A DNA stretch of 64,000 nucleotides from Octopus vulgaris (taxonomy: Eukaryota), in the NCBI GenBank assembly GCA_951406725.2, contig OX597815.1, positions 62,806,001 through 62,870,000 of the forward strand. Reading direction: 5' to 3'. A program made the position numbers and the translations under genes. A model generated the notes under the pieces. It was given only the letters and a program-made list of their open reading frames with translations, searched no databases and was not told the origin of the DNA. Shown here one piece after another: positions 58,785 through 64,000 of the stretch (the stretch's first letter is position 1; every line of letters begins with the position of its first letter).

Positions 58785-59046
58785 TAGTTTTTATCTTTTA
58801 CAAGCTTCGGTCTGCTATACTGGGGCATCTCCTTTCGGCGTTATTGGGTTTCTTTCCTGTATTGCTTTTAGTGAGGACGGAGCTCCTCATTGTGTTTCCT
58901 GCTACGAAGTGGGTTTATCTGGTATTTCAGATAAAAATTTGTCCAGACATTTTTTGAAGACCTCCACATCTACAACACGCAAATTCCTGAGTCCGTCTGG
59001 CAGAATGTTGAATAGGCGTGGACTCTTGAAACCCAAGCAGTTACAG
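58785..59046 (-). mobile_element. CR1-like LINE 3' remnant
   Basis: Minus: CNCLGFKSPRLFNILPDGLRNLRVVDVEVFKKCLDKFLSEIPDKPTS. Confidence 0.75.
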
Positions 59047-59803
59047 ATGAAGAATATGTATATAAGATAAAACTAAGTTAAATGAAACAAAGCAGGGCTG
59101 TCTTTGGCGTCAGTTTGGTGACAAAAATCTTCTAAAGCCTACACGCGATATAGTCTTGATCAATGGAAATTATTTCTGCTTCAAGAAAAAGCCACCTGAC
59201 GGCAATTGTAAGTGATGTAAATGAAGCGGGAATTTAATCTCATGCAATCAACAATTCTCCGGAATTAATATGCCAATTTCTGGAGTTAAGGGGAGATAAA
59301 GTAGAAACACCTGATGTACACCTCAGTGTATATGTATGTTTATACCTCATTGAGCGTCATCAGCACAGCGTTGCCATAATTTGAATATGAACAGTTAGAC
59401 ATAGAGATAGAGACTTGTACATAAACTGATGTTTTGTTGTTTCTAGAAATATGACTGGTTAATTCCGGAGAAATGCTCATAGCTTGTGATTATCTCCCCT
59501 TATCATTGAAATCTATGGCAGTTATTGTTCGGTGCTTGATTACCTTTCTGTTATGCACTCCATATTTGTGTATGAGTGTATATGTATGTATGTATATGTG
59601 TGTGCGTGTGTGTGCCTGTACATATAAATGTTGATAAATAGATTGATAGACAGACATATTAAAATGTACATGAGTGTATGCATGTATGTCGTTGTAACGT
59701 ATAAATACACATTGTACATATACATACATAAGTGTGAGTGTGTGTGTGTATGTGTGTGTGTGTGCACGCGCGTGCGCGCAAACTGAAAAGAGTTGCCTAT
59801 TAG

Positions 59804-59838
<35 letters not shown>

Positions 59839-60292
59839 TTTCTCATCTGAAAACAATATTATATTAATATTAAAAAGGAAATCAAAAATAAAAAATATAT
59901 ATAATAAAATAAAACAAAAATTACAGAACTGAAAGAATATACGAAACGACATTGACAATAGCAACAACTACACTTCAGCCACCACCACCACTAACGCCAC
60001 CATCATCACCACTGACAATTTCTCATGGTATTTGGCAATTGACCAGTTTTCAATCTATAGTGAATGCAGGAGTAAATAAAGAGAAAAAAAGCAATAATAA
60101 ATAAATAAAAAGAGCCAAAATGGTTGCTGGGCTAAGCGTTCTGTGTACTTAACTCCATCAATGTCGCCGAAATTAATGCCAAGTCATTGTTATTTATCTC
60201 CAATATGGCGACAGTGGTTACTCAGAAACACAAGGTCGATTTTTTTTATTTCTCTCTCTCTATCGCTCCTTCTTTAACTCTTAATATGCTTT

Positions 60293-61335
<1,043 letters not shown>

Positions 61336-61554
61336 ATATGTATGTATGTATGCATATATTTTATTTATTACACTATTGTCTGACTGAGCGCCTTCGCGTC
61401 GATTCGATTCGATTCGTTCCGTTTCGTTTCGTTTCGTTTCTTCTTCTTCTTCTCTCAGTACAGTTTTTATATATATATATATACAGAGTGGGCCAAAAGT
61501 CACGCACCAAAATACTGGAGACTTTTCTTTACTTCAGTCAAAATACTTATTGGT

Positions 61555-61692
61555 AATTTATCCGCTCTGAGTTCAAAATTCCGCCAAGGTCGACTTTACC
61601 GTTCACCCTTTCCAGGGTCGAGAAAATACGTACGAGATGAGCACTGGCCCATGAACTCCATCATGCCTTTGTTCCAGAATCTGAAACCATTA
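61555..61692 (+). mobile_element. SINE family B fragment
   Basis: GAGTTCAAAATTCCGCCAAGGTCGACTTTACCGTTCACCCTTTCCAGGGTCGA. Confidence 0.65.
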
Positions 61693-61766
61693 TGATTATT
61701 GTTGTTGTTGTTGTTGTTGTTGTTGTTCTTCTTCTTCTTCTTCTTCTTCTCCTTCTTCTTCTTCTT

Positions 61767-61870
<104 letters not shown>

Positions 61871-61887
61871 CATCATTATTATTATTA

Positions 61888-63288
61888 CTTTTTTTTTCTT
61901 CTTTCAAATTTGCTTCCATTTCTTGCCGGGTTATCTTCCCGACTCCTAGGGCAAAGAAACTCATAGTATACATTGGTAGGCCATTAAACTAAACTCAATA
62001 GTTCGTTCATTTTTTTTTTTTAAGTTAAATTAAAATACATGGGTAGTAATAATTCTCACATCGACAATGCTCTTCTCAATACGTGTGATGTACCAGTTAA
62101 GACAATCTTTTGCACTTCTTGCAGGGATGGTAAGCCAGGGATCATTCTCATTTAATGTTCGGTACCCTTCTTGATCATTCCTAGTGCTCCTACGATCACT
62201 GGTATTGTAACCACCTTGAGATGCCACATTTTCTCAATTTCAATGAATAGGTCTTTATATTTTCTGAGCTTGTCAAACTCTTTCGCTGAGATATTATGAT
62301 CACAGGGGATGCTCATGTCGATCAATAAGCAAACTTTATTGTTTTGGTCTTTCACAACAATATCTGGTTTATTGGCCTTGATGGTTCGGTCTGTATGTAC
62401 TGGAAAGTCCCACAGAATGGTTACATTTTCTCCTTCAGTTACAGCCTCAGGGTGGTGATTATACCACTTGTCGGCAGTTTTGATATATTAATGCCGACTT
62501 ATTAGCCAGTGGAGATATTGGCCAACTCTGTCATGTCTTAATTTATACTCCACTGGTGCTAAGACTTTACATCCAGAGATTAGGTGGTCCACTGTTTCAA
62601 TCATGTCGTTGCAGAATCGGCATTTTGGGTCTGCTCCATTTTTCATGACATTGGCCTGGTAGTTCCGGGTTAATAGGCTTTGATCTTGAGCAGCCAGGAT
62701 GAAACCTTCGCTCTCTGCTTTTAGCCCTGAGCTCCGTAGCCACTGATGGGTTTGCTTCTGGTCAACATCAATTTGTTTGCTGCGGGCCACATATTTGCCG
62801 TGCAGAGGTTTCTCCTCCCACCTATCCGCCAATTGCTCGTGCGCTTTTTTCGTTGCCATTATTTTCACCTTCTTTGCAACAATAGTTGCCATACTTCCCT
62901 CGGGTTGTTCAGTTTGGGTATCCTGCACGAGATCAATAGCAAATTTTTTGCTTTCCTTTATGATAGAATGAAGCTTCTTTCGTCTCTTGTGATGTTCCAC
63001 GAGATTTAGCATCCAGTCATTCGTTATTTCAAGATATTTGGCCAGTCCAATTGTGGTTGTTTTGTAAGCTAGTTCAAACTGGATCAGGCCTCGACCTCCT
63101 TGGGCTCTGGGAAGGTAAATGCGATCTACGTCTGCCTTTGGGTGGTGCATCCTATTACAACTCAGCAGCTTGCGTATTTTCTTATCTATATTCTTTACTT
63201 CACTCATATTCCAGTTCAACACATTGTAGCTATAAGTAACAACTGGAACTGCTAAGGAATTTATAGCTAACACCTTGTTACGTGCATT
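61888..63288 (-). mobile_element. 5'-truncated R4/Dong-clade non-LTR retrotransposon
   Basis: AINSLAVPVVTYS, GGRGL, CRFC..ETVDHLISGC (CCHC), RHD, NKPDIVV..LIDMSIP, KYKDL. One stop and a frameshift. Flanked by (TTA)n. Confidence 0.9.
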
Positions 63289-63307
63289 TATTATTATTAT
63301 TATTATT

Positions 63308-63899
63308 CAGTAGTTTTATTTTTTATAGCGTGCTTTCACTTCACTACCGAGCACAGCTCTGTGTGCCTTGGGTATGTGCTGTGATTTGTTGTGATGCTCT
63401 GATGGTTATTGTATGGAAAGTGTTCTGCGTAGGATGTGTGCAGTGCCTAGTAGTGCAATTTTCTGTATGTTATATGTGTTTGTAAGTCCTGGTGTTTTTG
63501 TTATGTATTTGTCTGAATATTTTTTTATCATGCCTAATGCACCTACTATGATAGGAATTGTTTCTGTTTTCAGGTTCCACATTCTAGTTACCTCTATTTC
63601 CAGGTCTTTGTATTTTGAGAGTTTCTCCATTTCTTTTAGAGACACGTTGTCATCTGCCGGTATTGATACATCAATTAGAAAGCATTTTTTTCTTCATGAT
63701 CTCTGACAACTATATCTGGTCTGTTGGCCTTAATTTCTCTATCTGTGTGTATCGGCATATCCCAGAGTATGGTTGCTTTCTCGTTTTCTGTGACCTTTTC
63801 TGGTGTGTGCCTATACCATCTTTTTTCTGTTGTTATTCCATAATGTTGGCATAGCTTCCAATGTATGTAGGTTCCAACTCTGTCATGTCATGTCTGTGA

Positions 63900-63900
<1 letters not shown>
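63308..63900 (-). mobile_element. Second R4/Dong-clade family, 3' fragment
   Basis: HDRVG, NRPDIVV, LIDVSIP, KLSKYKDLEIE..IIVGALG. Different 3' UTR from the neighbour. Flanked by (TTA)n. Confidence 0.88.
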
Positions 63901-63988
<88 letters not shown>

Positions 63989-64000
63989 CATCATCATCAT

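Overview
AT-rich, microsatellite-saturated animal DNA. The SINE repertoire and composition point to an octopus-like cephalopod (inference). I found no credible host protein-coding exon, so this looks like a large intron or gene desert. Most entries in the ORF track are translations of simple repeats. The recognisable content is mobile DNA: (1) a nearly intact Penelope-like retroelement (PLE, RT plus GIY-YIG, Neptune-type) at 32721-38715 with a ~1.5-kb partial-tandem pseudo-LTR, each copy carrying a minimal hammerhead ribozyme; (2) a full-length irritans-type mariner and an inverted partial copy; (3) remnants of Tc1, hAT, Helitron, RTE, CR1 and R4/Dong elements; (4) several tRNA-derived SINE families. 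The window holds roughly 15 hammerhead-like motifs. The most striking signal is a ~100-nt motif present three times (16755-16855 +, 25365-25469 +, 61017-61115 -). In it the three hammerhead strands occur in a non-circularly permuted order, the helices co-vary between copies, and a kink-turn consensus sits in the extended stem III. All RNA structures were derived by eye and are untested. Many element boundaries are approximate.
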